The notes: generated by a model from the sequence alone, not told the origin. Shown: positions 29,101-41,088, counted from the stretch's first letter. The stretch is 64,000 bases of DNA from Verrucomicrobiia bacterium (GCA_049510215.1 JBEKZD010000026.1:1289-65288), one strand, 5' to 3'. Translations and numbers: made by a program.

Positions 29101-30198
29101 TTACGCCTTCCGGCCGGCGACGCCTTTGGTGCCTTTGGTGATGGCCTTGGCCTTTTCCTTCGGGCGCAGGGCGCGAACGGCGGCGCCAGCACGCCACATC
29201 TCGGAGTCGCGGATGGCAGCCAGTTCCTTGGCAAGGCGCTGCTGGTAGTCCTTCCCGCTGCAGGCCGAAATGACGCGGGCGGTTTCCTTGCCGGACTTCA
29301 CCGACTTGTAGAGCTGGTTAAAAAGCGGCAACACGGCTTTGCGGAACCGCGATTTCCAGTCGAGCGCGCCGCGCTGCGCCGTCGCGGAACAGTTGGAGTA
29401 CATCCAGTCCATGCCGTTCTCGTCCACGAGTCGGATCAGGCTCTGGGTCAGTTCCTCGACCGTTTCGTTGAACGCTTCGCTCGGCGAATGACCGTGCTTG
29501 CGGAGCGTGTCGTATTGCGCTTCCATCACGCCGGCCAGACAACCCATCAGCACGCCGCGTTCGCCGGTCAGGTCGCTGTAAACTTCCTGCTGGAACGTCG
29601 TGGGGAACAGGTAGCCCGAACCGATGCCGATGCCGACCGCAAGGCAGCGTTCTTCGGCGCGGCCGGTGTAATCCTGGCCGACCGCATAGCTGGAGTTGAT
29701 GCCGGCGCCGGAGAGGAAATTGCGTCGGACCGAAGTGCCCGAGCCTTTCGGCGCGACCATGATCACGTCCACGTTCCTCGGCGGAATGACGCCGGTCTGG
29801 TTTTTGTACACGATGGAGAACCCGTGTGAGAAATACACCGCGTCGCCGTCTTTCAGGTGTTTCTTGATCGACGGCCAAATGACACGCTGAGCGGCATCGG
29901 ACACGAGCATCTGGATGATCGTGCCTTTCTTCGCGGCCGTCTCGATGTCGAACAGGTTCTTGCCGGGCACCCAGCCGTCCCGGACGGCGCGGTCCCAATC
30001 GCGCTTGAACTCCGGTGCCTGCCCGATGATGACGTTGAATCCATTGTCCTTCATGTTGAGCGACTGGGCCGGGCCTTGGACGCCGTAGCCGATCACGGCG
30101 ATCACTTCGTTCTTCAGAACCCGGCGCGCTTTCGCCAGTGAAAATTCCTTGCGGGTAACGACTCTCTCTCTGATGCCGCCAAAATCAATAATAGCCAT
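29101..30198 (-). CDS. ilvC: Ketol-acid reductoisomerase
   Basis: GYGVQG, FSHGF, VAPKGSG, SDLTGERGVLMG, CSATAQRGALDW. Confidence 0.95.
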   Translation of the reverse strand: MAIIDFGGIRERVVTRKEFSLAKARRVLKNEVIAVIGYGVQGPAQSLNMKDNGFNVIIGQAPEFKRDWDRAVRDGWVPGKNLFDIETAAKKGTIIQMLVSDAAQRVIWPSIKKHLKDGDAVYFSHGFSIVYKNQTGVIPPRNVDVIMVAPKGSGTSVRRNFLSGAGINSSYAVGQDYTGRAEERCLAVGIGIGSGYLFPTTFQQEVYSDLTGERGVLMGCLAGVMEAQYDTLRKHGHSPSEAFNETVEELTQSLIRLVDENGMDWMYSNCSATAQRGALDWKSRFRKAVLPLFNQLYKSVKSGKETARVISACSGKDYQQRLAKELAAIRDSEMWRAGAAVRALRPKEKAKAITKGTKGVAGRKA

Positions 30199-30312
30199 GT
30201 TGTGTTCTCCTTAGTTCGATTAAAACCGGCGGATAGACCTAGCGTTGGATGACCCGAACGTCAAGCACTTAGAGGGACGCGGGTGCGATTAAACGTGGTG
30301 CCCGGGCTGCAC

Positions 30313-30429
30313 GTAGGATAGGCATCCTGCCTGTCCAGTAGAACGGGCTTCCAGCTCGTTCATTCCGTGAATACTCAACGGGCTGGAAGCCCCTTCTACG
30401 AGGCGGACAAGCTTGGAAGCTCGCCCTAC
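30313..30429. repeat. Nested GTAG-type REP cluster between ilvN and ilvC
   Basis: Outer pair GTAGGATAGGC../..CGCCCTAC encloses inner pair AGTAGAACGGGCTTCCAGCTCGTT / AACGGGCTGGAAGCCCCTTCTAC. Confidence 0.8.
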
Positions 30430-30434
30430 TCGCG

Positions 30435-30908
30435 TCACTTCCTCGCCATCGCCACTTTTCCCGTTCGAGTGATGTCGCGGATGCCGAACGGCTCCATCAA
30501 ATCCAGAAATGCGCTGATCTTCGATTCATTGCCGGTGATCTCGACGGTGAGCGCCTTGTGCGCGACATCGACGATCTTGGCCCTGAAAATATCGCAAATC
30601 TGCATCACCTCGGGCCGCGTCTTGTTGTCAACGCCGACTTTGACCAATACCAACTCGCGGTCAACGTATTCGCCCTCTTGGAAATCCTGCACCTTGATCA
30701 CGTCCACGAGTTTGTTGAGCTGCTTGGTGATCTGCTCCAGCACGGCGTCGTCGCCCTTGACCACGGCGGTCATACGCGACGTCGTCGGGTCTTGCGTCGG
30801 CGCGACGTTGAGCGTGTCGATATTGAAGCCGCGCCCGCTGAACAAGCCCGCGATGCGCGCCAGCACGCCGAATTTGTTTTCCACCAGCACTGACAGAGTA
30901 TGTCTCAT
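30435..30908 (-). CDS. ilvN: Acetolactate synthase small subunit
   Basis: HTLSVLVEN..GVLARIAGLFSGRGFNI, RELVLVKV, RTG. Confidence 0.95.
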   Translation of the reverse strand: MRHTLSVLVENKFGVLARIAGLFSGRGFNIDTLNVAPTQDPTTSRMTAVVKGDDAVLEQITKQLNKLVDVIKVQDFQEGEYVDRELVLVKVGVDNKTRPEVMQICDIFRAKIVDVAHKALTVEITGNESKISAFLDLMEPFGIRDITRTGKVAMARK

Positions 30909-31198
30909 AAAGCGCCAAGCTTATACGCCAATCCCCGCTGTCAAGCAATCTCATTTGCACAGCTCCGGCAAAGCAGGCGTCGAAATAGTCTTAAGTGCCT
31001 ACTTGGCGTGCGCGGTTTTGGGAAAGAAACAGTTTCTCACTCGCCAGAGCGCCGGCGCATCCAGCTTCTCGCCCTCAAACACAATCTGCCTGCTCGTCTT
31101 GTCCTGCCTGTCAGACGCACAACAAAGCGAATCGATGACCCGCGCTTCACAAAAGCGCGGCTACAATAGCCAGAGCACTTGGGCAACGTCCTGGAAAC

Positions 31199-32044
31199 TC
31201 AGTGCCGGCTTTCCTTTGCCGACTTGTCCAAGAGGCGGGCGAGGACGGTGAAATCATCTTCGCCCCAGCCGCGTTGCAGACCTTCCTCGTAAATGCGCAT
31301 TACGCTCAGTGTTTGCGGCAACTCCAGGTCGCGCGCCGTCTCCAGGGCCAGCCGCAGATCCTTGGCCATGTGTTTGAGCGAGAATTGCGGGGAGAAATCT
31401 CGGCTCCGGAGCTTCGGCCCTTTCAACGTGGCTATGCCAGAATGCGATACGTTCAGTTTCAGAGCCGAGAAGTAGGTGTCGTCGGAAATGCCAGCAGCGC
31501 GGGCGAACGTGAGGCTTTCGCTCAGCCCTTGAGCGACCAGTGCGATGTTGATGTTCGTGGCCAGTTTCAACGCCGACGCGCTTCCGAAGGGGCCGATGTG
31601 TAAGATCGTGCGTGCCAGGCGTTCCAATACGGGACGAGCTTTCTCCAGCACTTTTTCGTCACCGCCAGCGTAGAAGACCATCTGGCGTTGCTCGGCGGCA
31701 GGCTTGCTTCCAGTGAAAGGCGCTTCCAGAAACGCCGCACCCGTCTTTTGCACCTGGCGGGCAAAATCCAGCGTAGCTTTCGGCGAGATCGTGCTGGATT
31801 GAATCACCACTTGGCCCGCATGCAGCACGGGCAGAATCTGGTCCAATACGTTTTGCACGGCAGGCGGATCTGCCACGACGATGAAGATGATTTCCGCGTC
31901 CTTCGCCGCTTCGCTGGCGCGGGCCACGTACCAAGGCAACGGTTTGGGCGTCCGGTTCCAACCGCGAACATCGTGCCCGTCCTGCCGTAAATTTTCGCCC
32001 CAGATGCTTCCGATGATGCCTAATCCAAACACGCCGATCTTCAT
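31199..32044 (-). CDS. 3-hydroxyisobutyrate-dehydrogenase-family NAD(P) oxidoreductase
   Basis: GLGIIG, WNRT, SSTISP, APFTGS, F.LKHMAKDLRLA. Confidence 0.88.
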   Translation of the reverse strand: MKIGVFGLGIIGSIWGENLRQDGHDVRGWNRTPKPLPWYVARASEAAKDAEIIFIVVADPPAVQNVLDQILPVLHAGQVVIQSSTISPKATLDFARQVQKTGAAFLEAPFTGSKPAAEQRQMVFYAGGDEKVLEKARPVLERLARTILHIGPFGSASALKLATNINIALVAQGLSESLTFARAAGISDDTYFSALKLNVSHSGIATLKGPKLRSRDFSPQFSLKHMAKDLRLALETARDLELPQTLSVMRIYEEGLQRGWGEDDFTVLARLLDKSAKESRH

Positions 32045-32146
32045 GGATAGTTTCCTTTCTGAATCAATCTCCGCCGCAAGGTTATCACAGATCGGCGTGC
32101 AAAGGAACGAGACGCGTTGAGGTCCGATTGAGATGGCGGACAGAAT

Positions 32147-32199
32147 CCTCATCCTGACCTTCTCCCTTGCGGCAAGGGAGAGAGGATTAAGGTGAGGGG
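32147..32199. repeat. Palindromic repeat of the CCTCA..CTCCC/GGGAG..TGAGG class
   Basis: CCTCATCCTGACCTTCTCCCTTGC-G-GCAAGGGAGAGAGGATTAAGGTGAGG. Confidence 0.65.
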
Positions 32200-32298
32200 A
32201 ATGCCGTGCGCTCTATGACCGTTGCTTCTTTAGGCGCGTCGCGAGCTTCGCTTGCTTCTTGCCACGGCGTTCGCGGTTCGGCTATGGTTGGTTTCGTC

Positions 32299-33570
32299 AT
32301 GGCTACAACGATTCTGGTCGGCGCCCAGTGGGGCGATGAGGGCAAGGGGAAAGTCATCGACGTGTTGACCGAGAAGGCCGACGTGGTGGTGCGTTACCAG
32401 GGGGGCAACAATGCCGGTCATACCGTCGAAGTCGGCGCGCAGAAGTATGTGTTGCACCTCGTGCCGTCGGGAATTCTGTATCCGGGCAAGATCAACGTTG
32501 TCGGCAACGGCGTGGTCGTCGATCCGTTGGCGCTGTGGGAGGAAATCGAGCATCTGCGCCAGCGTGGCATTGCCATCGACGGAAACCTTTACGTCAGCGA
32601 GACGGCGCATCTGGTGTTCCCGTACCACCGCCTTCTCGATGAAGTCCGCGAGGAGCAGAAAGGCAAGCGCAAGATCGGCACGACCAAGCGCGGCATCGGC
32701 CCCGCCTACGCCGACAAAGTAGCGCGCACGGGTTTACGGCTGATCGACTTGCTCTCGCCTGAACGTTTCTCCGAGAAGCTGCGTCGAAAGATTCGGGAAA
32801 ACAATGAGATGTTCAAGGCGTTTGGCGCGAAGCCACTGAACTTTGCCACCATCAACCGCGAATACCTGGCGTGCGGGCAGAAGCTGCGGTCATTCATTAT
32901 CGACACCGTGACGTTTCTGAATCGCGCTGTGCAAGAAGATAAAAACATTCTTTTCGAGGGCGCGCAGGGCACGCTGCTCGACATCGATTTCGGAACGTAT
33001 CCATTCGTGACCAGCTCGAATGCCACAGCGGGCGGTGCTTGCACGGGCACGGGCATTCCGCCGCACCGCGTTGATCGGGTGGTTGGTGTCATGAAGGCGT
33101 ACACGACGCGCGTGGGCGAGGGGCCGTTCCCGACGGAACTGCTCGACGACCGAGGCCTGCTGTTGCGCGAGACGGGGCGCGAGTTCGGCGCGACAACGGG
33201 CCGGCCGCGCCGGTGCGGATGGTTCGACGCGGTGGCGACGCGCTACTCGGTAATGGTCAACGGCATCGACGACCTCGCTGTGACGAAGCTCGACGTGCTT
33301 GACGCGTTGCCGAAGATCAAAGTGTGCGTCGGCTACAAAGTCGGAAGGAAACTTTACGAGACGATGCCCAACGACATCGACGCACTGAAGCAATGCGTGC
33401 CGGTTTATCAGGAGTTCGACGGCTGGCAGGCTTCGACCAAGCACGCGCGGGAGTTTGACAAATTGCCCAAGCGGGCGCGGATTTACTTACAAAAGCTTGC
33501 CCGGTTCAGCGGCGCGAGACTGAGCATCGTGTCCGTCGGCGCGCGGCGCGAGGAAACGATATTTCTGTGA
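32299..33570 (+). CDS. purA: Adenylosuccinate synthase
   Basis: GAQWGDEGKGK, GGNNAGHT, EGAQG, GATTGRPRRCGW, TKLDVL. Confidence 0.97.
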   Translation: MATTILVGAQWGDEGKGKVIDVLTEKADVVVRYQGGNNAGHTVEVGAQKYVLHLVPSGILYPGKINVVGNGVVVDPLALWEEIEHLRQRGIAIDGNLYVSETAHLVFPYHRLLDEVREEQKGKRKIGTTKRGIGPAYADKVARTGLRLIDLLSPERFSEKLRRKIRENNEMFKAFGAKPLNFATINREYLACGQKLRSFIIDTVTFLNRAVQEDKNILFEGAQGTLLDIDFGTYPFVTSSNATAGGACTGTGIPPHRVDRVVGVMKAYTTRVGEGPFPTELLDDRGLLLRETGREFGATTGRPRRCGWFDAVATRYSVMVNGIDDLAVTKLDVLDALPKIKVCVGYKVGRKLYETMPNDIDALKQCVPVYQEFDGWQASTKHAREFDKLPKRARIYLQKLARFSGARLSIVSVGARREETIFL

Positions 33571-33574
33571 AACC

Positions 33575-33669
33575 CTCTTGCTGTCGCTCATGTTCTTACT
33601 CTTGCTCAATTTGTTTGGACGAACCGCAGCGAGCGCGGGCACGAGCACGAGCGTGAGCGGGAGTACGAG
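33575..33669. repeat. Inverted pair of degenerate hexamer arrays
   Basis: A (CTCTTG/CTCATG)-like run faces a (GAGCAC/GAGCGT/GAGTAC) run between purA and uppS. Confidence 0.55.
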
Positions 33670-33678
33670 ATACGTGAG

Positions 33679-34410
33679 ATGACCCCAGTCCCCAAAAATC
33701 TTCCCCGCCACGTGGCCATCATCCTGGATGGTAACGGGCGCTGGGCGCGGCAGCGCGGGTTGCCGCGAATTGAGGGGCATCGCGCGGGCGCGGAAAGCGT
33801 GCGCGAGATTGTGCGGGTGTCTGGCGAGGTGGGCGTCGAGTACCTGACGCTCTACGCGTTTTCCATTGAGAACTGGGATCGACCGAAGGCCGAGGTGACG
33901 GCGCTGATGCATTTGCTGGAGTTTTATCTGACGCAGGAGATCCCCGAGCTGAGCAAAAATAATGTACGACTGGCAGCCATCGGGCGGTTGCACGAGTTGC
34001 CGCAGAGCGCGCAGCGTCAGCTCGACAAGAGCATCGAGGCGCTGAGCAAGAACACCGGGCTGACGCTGGTACTGGCGCTAAGCTATGGCGCCCGTGCCGA
34101 GATCGTGGACGCGATGCGCTCCATCGGACGCGAGTTGAAAGCGGGGCGGCTCGATGTTGCCGACATCGACGAGAAGGTCATCAGCGAGCATCTGTACACG
34201 CGGGGCATTACGGATCCGGATTTACTGATTCGCACCAGTGGCGAGATGCGAGTGAGCAATTTCCTGTTGTGGCAGATTTCGTATGCCGAGATTTATGTGA
34301 CGGACACGCTCTGGCCGGACTTTCGGAAAGAGGCGTTTATGAAGGCGCTGGAAGACTACAGCAAGCGGCATCGACGATTTGGGCGCGTCGGCGGCGGAGA
34401 GACTGAATGA
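33679..34410 (+). CDS. uppS: Undecaprenyl diphosphate synthase
   Basis: HVAIILDGNGRWA, YAFSIENW, DLLIRTSGEMRVSNFLLWQ. Confidence 0.96.
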   Translation: MTPVPKNLPRHVAIILDGNGRWARQRGLPRIEGHRAGAESVREIVRVSGEVGVEYLTLYAFSIENWDRPKAEVTALMHLLEFYLTQEIPELSKNNVRLAAIGRLHELPQSAQRQLDKSIEALSKNTGLTLVLALSYGARAEIVDAMRSIGRELKAGRLDVADIDEKVISEHLYTRGITDPDLLIRTSGEMRVSNFLLWQISYAEIYVTDTLWPDFRKEAFMKALEDYSKRHRRFGRVGGGETE

Positions 34411-35378
34411 GCGGAGACTTGGATCGGGGGAGCGGCGTCCCCGCCGCGACGGGGCCCGCAGATCGCGGCGGGGACGCCGCTCCCACAATGGTTCAAACAA
34501 CTCCAGAGAAGCGGACAGGCTTTCGCTGGCGGCTGATCAGTTCCATCGTTCTGTGGGGGGTCATGCTGGCGGTGGTGTTCTGGCTGCCGCCGACAGGGCT
34601 GTATCTATTCATGAACGTGGTCATCGCTCGCGCCGTCTGGGAGTTTTACGAGATCTGCGAAGCCAAAGGGCTGAAGGCGTTCAAAGTGTGGGGCGTGATC
34701 GGCGCGGTGGCGCTGATCTCGGGAAGCTGGTTCGTCTTCGGCATGCAGCGGTTCCGCTCGCAATCGGATTTTCCCGCGCTGTCGTACGACTTCGACATTT
34801 TCATTCTGTTGGTGTTCGCCTTGGGAGTTTTCATTCGGCAGTTCCCGCAGAAACTCAACCCGCATGGGATCGAAACGATGGCGGTCACATTCTTCGGGTT
34901 GATTTACGTCGCATGGCTGAGCAATTTCATCACCCGCATCAATTTCGCTTCGGCAGACGGTCGGTTTTTTGTGATGTACCTGGTGGTGGTGACAAAATTC
35001 ACGGATATCGGCGCGTATCTGGTCGGCACGACGGTCGGCAAACACAAAATGATCCCACGCATCAGCCCCAACAAAACCTGGGAAGGCACGGCGGGCGGCA
35101 TCCTGTTTGCCGTTGCGAGCAGCATCGTGTGTTTCCACTGGCTTCATGAATTGGGTGAAAGCGGGATGACGCGGAACGACGCGCTATTGCTCGGCGTCGT
35201 GCTGGGCGCAGCGGCGGTGGTTGGCGATCTGGCGGAATCGCTGATCAAGCGCGAAGCGGGCGTGAAAGATTCCAGCAACGTGTTGCCCGGCCATGGCGGC
35301 GCGCTCGATTTGGTCGACAGCCTCCTCTTCACCGCGCCGCTGCTGTACGTTTACATGAGGTTGATGCTCCGAGGATGA
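34407..35378 (+). CDS. cdsA: Phosphatidate cytidylyltransferase (alternative start 34488)
   Basis: DIGAY, ISPNKTWEG, GDLAESLIKR, KDS...PGHGG.LD. Confidence 0.93.
   Translation: MSGDLDRGSGVPAATGPADRGGDAAPTMVQTTPEKRTGFRWRLISSIVLWGVMLAVVFWLPPTGLYLFMNVVIARAVWEFYEICEAKGLKAFKVWGVIGAVALISGSWFVFGMQRFRSQSDFPALSYDFDIFILLVFALGVFIRQFPQKLNPHGIETMAVTFFGLIYVAWLSNFITRINFASADGRFFVMYLVVVTKFTDIGAYLVGTTVGKHKMIPRISPNKTWEGTAGGILFAVASSIVCFHWLHELGESGMTRNDALLLGVVLGAAAVVGDLAESLIKREAGVKDSSNVLPGHGGALDLVDSLLFTAPLLYVYMRLMLRG
34428..34487. repeat. REP doublet in the cdsA 5' region
   Basis: Perfect 22-bp inverted repeat GGGAGCGGCGTCCCCGCCGCGA / TCGCGGCGGGGACGCCGCTCCC. Confidence 0.88.
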
Positions 35379-36556
35379 AACCCAAGAACGTTGTCCTGCT
35401 TGGCGCCACTGGCTCCATCGGGGTCAGCACGCAGAAGGTGGCAGCCGATTTGCCTCAGCACATCCGCATTATCGGCATGGCGGCGCGCGAGAACGTGGAC
35501 GCGCTGGAAAAGGCCATCCGCCAGTTCAAGCCGAAGGCCGTAGCGATGACCAACCGCGACAAGGCGAAGGAGCTTGAGCGGCGGTTCACAGGCGGGGACC
35601 ACCGCCGAGGCGGGGCAAGCGCCTGTACCACCAAGTTTTTGGCGGGGGAGCGCGGATTGGTCGAACTGGCCACGATGCCGGAAGCGGACATTGTGCTGGT
35701 CGCGATTGTAGGCACGGCGGGCCTTGAGCCGGCATTGGCCGCGATTCGCGCGGGCAAGGATTTGGCGGTGGCATCCAAGGAGATCCTCGTGATGGCGGGC
35801 GAACTTGTCATGACCGAGGCGCGCAAGCACGGCGTGAAAGTGCTGCCTGTGGACAGCGAACACAGCGCGATCTTTCAGTGCCTGGAAGGACGCGATCCCG
35901 CGGATGTGAAGCGGTTGATTCTGACGGCTTCAGGTGGGCCGTTTCGTCAGACGCCGCGGGAAAGATTTGAGAGCATCACTGTCGCCGAGGCGCTGAAGCA
36001 TCCGAGTTGGAACATGGGACAGAAGATCACGATCGATTCCGCCACGCTGTTCAACAAGGGACTGGAGATGATCGAGGCGCGCTGGCTGTTCGACATCGAC
36101 ATCGACCGCGTGGACGTGGTGATTCATCCGCAGAGCGTGGTGCATTCAATGGTGGAGTTTCTGGATGGCTCGATCCTCGCGCAACTCAGCGTGCCGGATA
36201 TGCGGTACCCGATTCAGTACGCGCTGACGTGGCCGCGCCGGTTGCCGAATTCGATGCCCCCGACCGATCTGGCGAAGATTGCCGAGCTGACGTTCGAGAA
36301 CCCGGACCCGGAACGGTTCCCATCGTTGCGGCTGGCGCGCGAGGCGGGACGCGCGAGCGGGACGATGCCCGCCGTGTTCAACGCGGCGAACGAGGTTGCG
36401 GTGGCGCGGTTCGTGGACGGGAAGATCAAGTTCACGCAGATTTTCGAGACGGTGGAGCAGGTGATGCGGGCGCATCGCGCGGTTGCATCGCCTTCGTTGG
36501 ATGTTATAGTGGCAGCAGACCTTTGGGCGCGAAAGGAAGCAGAACATGCCGTTTGA
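35375..36556 (+). CDS. dxr: 1-deoxy-D-xylulose-5-phosphate reductoisomerase
   Basis: LGATGSIG, LPVDSEH, HPSWNMG.KITIDSAT..NKGLE, NAANE. Confidence 0.96.
   Translation: MKPKNVVLLGATGSIGVSTQKVAADLPQHIRIIGMAARENVDALEKAIRQFKPKAVAMTNRDKAKELERRFTGGDHRRGGASACTTKFLAGERGLVELATMPEADIVLVAIVGTAGLEPALAAIRAGKDLAVASKEILVMAGELVMTEARKHGVKVLPVDSEHSAIFQCLEGRDPADVKRLILTASGGPFRQTPRERFESITVAEALKHPSWNMGQKITIDSATLFNKGLEMIEARWLFDIDIDRVDVVIHPQSVVHSMVEFLDGSILAQLSVPDMRYPIQYALTWPRRLPNSMPPTDLAKIAELTFENPDPERFPSLRLAREAGRASGTMPAVFNAANEVAVARFVDGKIKFTQIFETVEQVMRAHRAVASPSLDVIVAADLWARKEAEHAV
35588..35633. repeat. REP unit with a nested hairpin inside dxr
   Basis: ACAGGCGGGGAC[CACCGCCGAGGCGGGGCAAGC]GCCTGTACCACCA compared with ACAGGCAGGGACGCCTGTGCCACCA at 14512-14536. 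Confidence 0.8.
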
Positions 36557-37951
36557 TTTACTGCAGAATATTGTTGTCACTAAGCTCTACCCGGCGTTGC
36601 TGGTGGTGTTCTTTTTTAGTTTGACCGTCTTTGCGCACGAGTACGGCCACTTCGTGATGGCCCGCCGCCGGGGAATGAAGGTCGAACGGTTCTCGATTTT
36701 TGGCTGGGGGCCGCCGGTTTTCCGTTGGACGCGCGACGGCGTGGAGTATTGCATCTGCTGGATTCCGTTCGGTGCATACGTTTCGATTCCGCAGATGGCG
36801 CCTATGGAAATGATCGAAGGCAAGGCGGAATCGAAGCCCGAAGAACTTCCGCTCGCGTCGCCCGCGTCGAGAATCTTGGTCGCGTTCGCCGGGCCGATCA
36901 TGAACGTCGTGCTGGCTGCGATCATTGCTTGCATTATCTGGCGGGTCGGCCTCGCAGTTGCCGTCAACCCGCCAATCGTTGGCTGGGTGGAACCGGGCAG
37001 CCGTGAAGAACAACTGGGAATCCGCGCTGCGGATCGCATTGCTAAAGTCAACGGCCAGGAAGTGAAGAATTGGTTCGACATCCAACGGTTGGTGGCGCTC
37101 AGCTTGGATCCCTCCGTCAGTGTCGTTATCGAGCAGAAAGGCGTGCCAAAAGAATTCCTTTTGGAGACGGAATTCAATCATGATTTTGGCCTGAAGACGA
37201 TCAACCTCTATCCGGAAGGGCGTCCGTTCGCAAAGATGGTTCTTCCCAATAGTCCTGCGGAAGCTGCCGGTGTGCTTCCCGGCGACGAGTTCCTCGCGGT
37301 TAATGATGTGCCGATTTCGACTCGGCAGGAGTTGATCAACTTCATCAGCAAGAAACCAGGACAGCCGGTCCGCCTCAAGGTCATGCGCGAGGGGAAGATG
37401 ACGGTGATCACGGCCACTCCGCGACTCGAGCCGGAGAAGAACGTGGGACGCATCGGCGTCGAATTGGAGGATCGAGTGGACTTCGAGGTGGTTCGCCCCG
37501 GTCCCACGCTTGAAGCGCAATTCTCGGAGGTTGCTCAGATGTTGGGCGACACGTTCTATGCCGTGTTTCACCACAATCGAACCGGTGTTGGAATCAGCAG
37601 CTTCAGTGGACCGGTCGGCATTGCCGGTGGCTGGTGGTACGAGATTCGGAGTGGTGGTATCACGCGCGGTCTCAAGTTCGCCGTCCTCATCAATCTGGCG
37701 CTCGCCGTGTTCAACATCCTGCCCATTCCCGTGCTCGACGGCGGCCACATTTTCTTCGCAGTCTATGAGTCGGTGTTTCGCCATCCGCTGCCCGCGCGCT
37801 TTGTGCACGCGGTTTCCACCGCGTTCGCCGTTTTGCTCATCAGCTTTATGCTCTACATCACAGTTTTTGATTTCAAACGCTTTTTCGGTTTTCGCTTCAA
37901 CTCGAGTGAGAAGCCGGTGCAGACCAACGAAAGCGTTCCCGCAACCCAGCC

Positions 37952-37955
<4 letters not shown>
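36546..37955 (+). CDS. rseP: RIP metalloprotease RseP
   Basis: HEYGH, AGPIMN, two PDZ domains, NILPIPVLDGGH. Confidence 0.94.
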
Positions 37956-40087
<2,132 letters not shown>

Positions 40088-40100
40088 AACGGGAGGGTAT

Positions 40101-40517
40101 ATGAAACGGTTTATCATCGTAATCGTGGGACTGGCGGCGGCGGTGGTGTCTGTGGGCGCCGAGACGGTCAAGTGGGAAACCGATTACGACAAGGCGATCG
40201 CGGCAGCAAAGAAAGACAACAAACCGGTCGTTGTGGACGTGTACACCGACTGGTGCGGCTGGTGCAAGAAACTGGACAGAGATGTTTACGCCGATGCCAA
40301 GGTCAGCGAGAAGCTCGCAAAGAATTTCGTCACGGTGAAAATCAACCCCGAAAAGACCTCACGCGCCGCGCAACTGGCCAGTCAATTTGGCACGCGCGGT
40401 TACCCGCACATCGTGTTCGTCAACGGCGACGGCAAGAAAACCGGCGAGATTCTCGGCTACGTATCCGCCACCGAGTTCCTCCAGCGGCTAGACAAAGCCG
40501 CCAGCAATGCCAAGTAG
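40101..40517 (+). CDS. Exported thioredoxin-family protein
   Basis: GGAGG SD, signal peptide, DWCGWCK. Confidence 0.88.
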   Translation: MKRFIIVIVGLAAAVVSVGAETVKWETDYDKAIAAAKKDNKPVVVDVYTDWCGWCKKLDRDVYADAKVSEKLAKNFVTVKINPEKTSRAAQLASQFGTRGYPHIVFVNGDGKKTGEILGYVSATEFLQRLDKAASNAK

Positions 40518-41088
40518 CGGCAACGGTGTGATCCGTCCCTGGCAGATCGCTCGATCGGAACAGGTCGCGGACTGCCGCATCTTCAAGGTGCGCAAGGAAG
40601 TCGCCATCAACCCGCGCACCGGTCAGCCGCACGACATGTACGTGCTGGATCAACCCAACTGGGTGAACGTCATTCCGATGACGCACGACGAGCAAGTGAT
40701 TCTGGTTCAACAGTGGCGGCACGGATCGCACACCGTCGAACTGGAAACACCCGGTGGCTTGATGGACGAAGGTGAAACGCCCGAGCAATGCGCCCGGCGT
40801 GAGTTGCTGGAGGAAACCGGTTACGAGCCGGGCGAGTTGGTGCGGCTGGGCACGGTGCGTCCCAATCCCGCGATCCAAAACAATCTGCAGTATTACATGC
40901 TGGCCACCAATTGCCGAAAAATTGGCGAACCGGCCCTCGATCACGCCGAAGACATCGTTGTGCGCTTGGCACCGCTGTCACAAATCGACGGCATGATCCG
41001 GTCAGGCCAGATCACGCACGGAATTGTGATTGGCGGGTTCTACTGGCTGTGGCAATATCGGCAAGGAGAAAGGCAGCGCGGACTATGA
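40507..41088 (+). CDS. NUDIX hydrolase (ADP-ribose pyrophosphatase-like)
   Basis: Nudix box GGLMDEGETPEQCARRELLEETG. Confidence 0.92.
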   Translation: MPSSGNGVIRPWQIARSEQVADCRIFKVRKEVAINPRTGQPHDMYVLDQPNWVNVIPMTHDEQVILVQQWRHGSHTVELETPGGLMDEGETPEQCARRELLEETGYEPGELVRLGTVRPNPAIQNNLQYYMLATNCRKIGEPALDHAEDIVVRLAPLSQIDGMIRSGQITHGIVIGGFYWLWQYRQGERQRGL

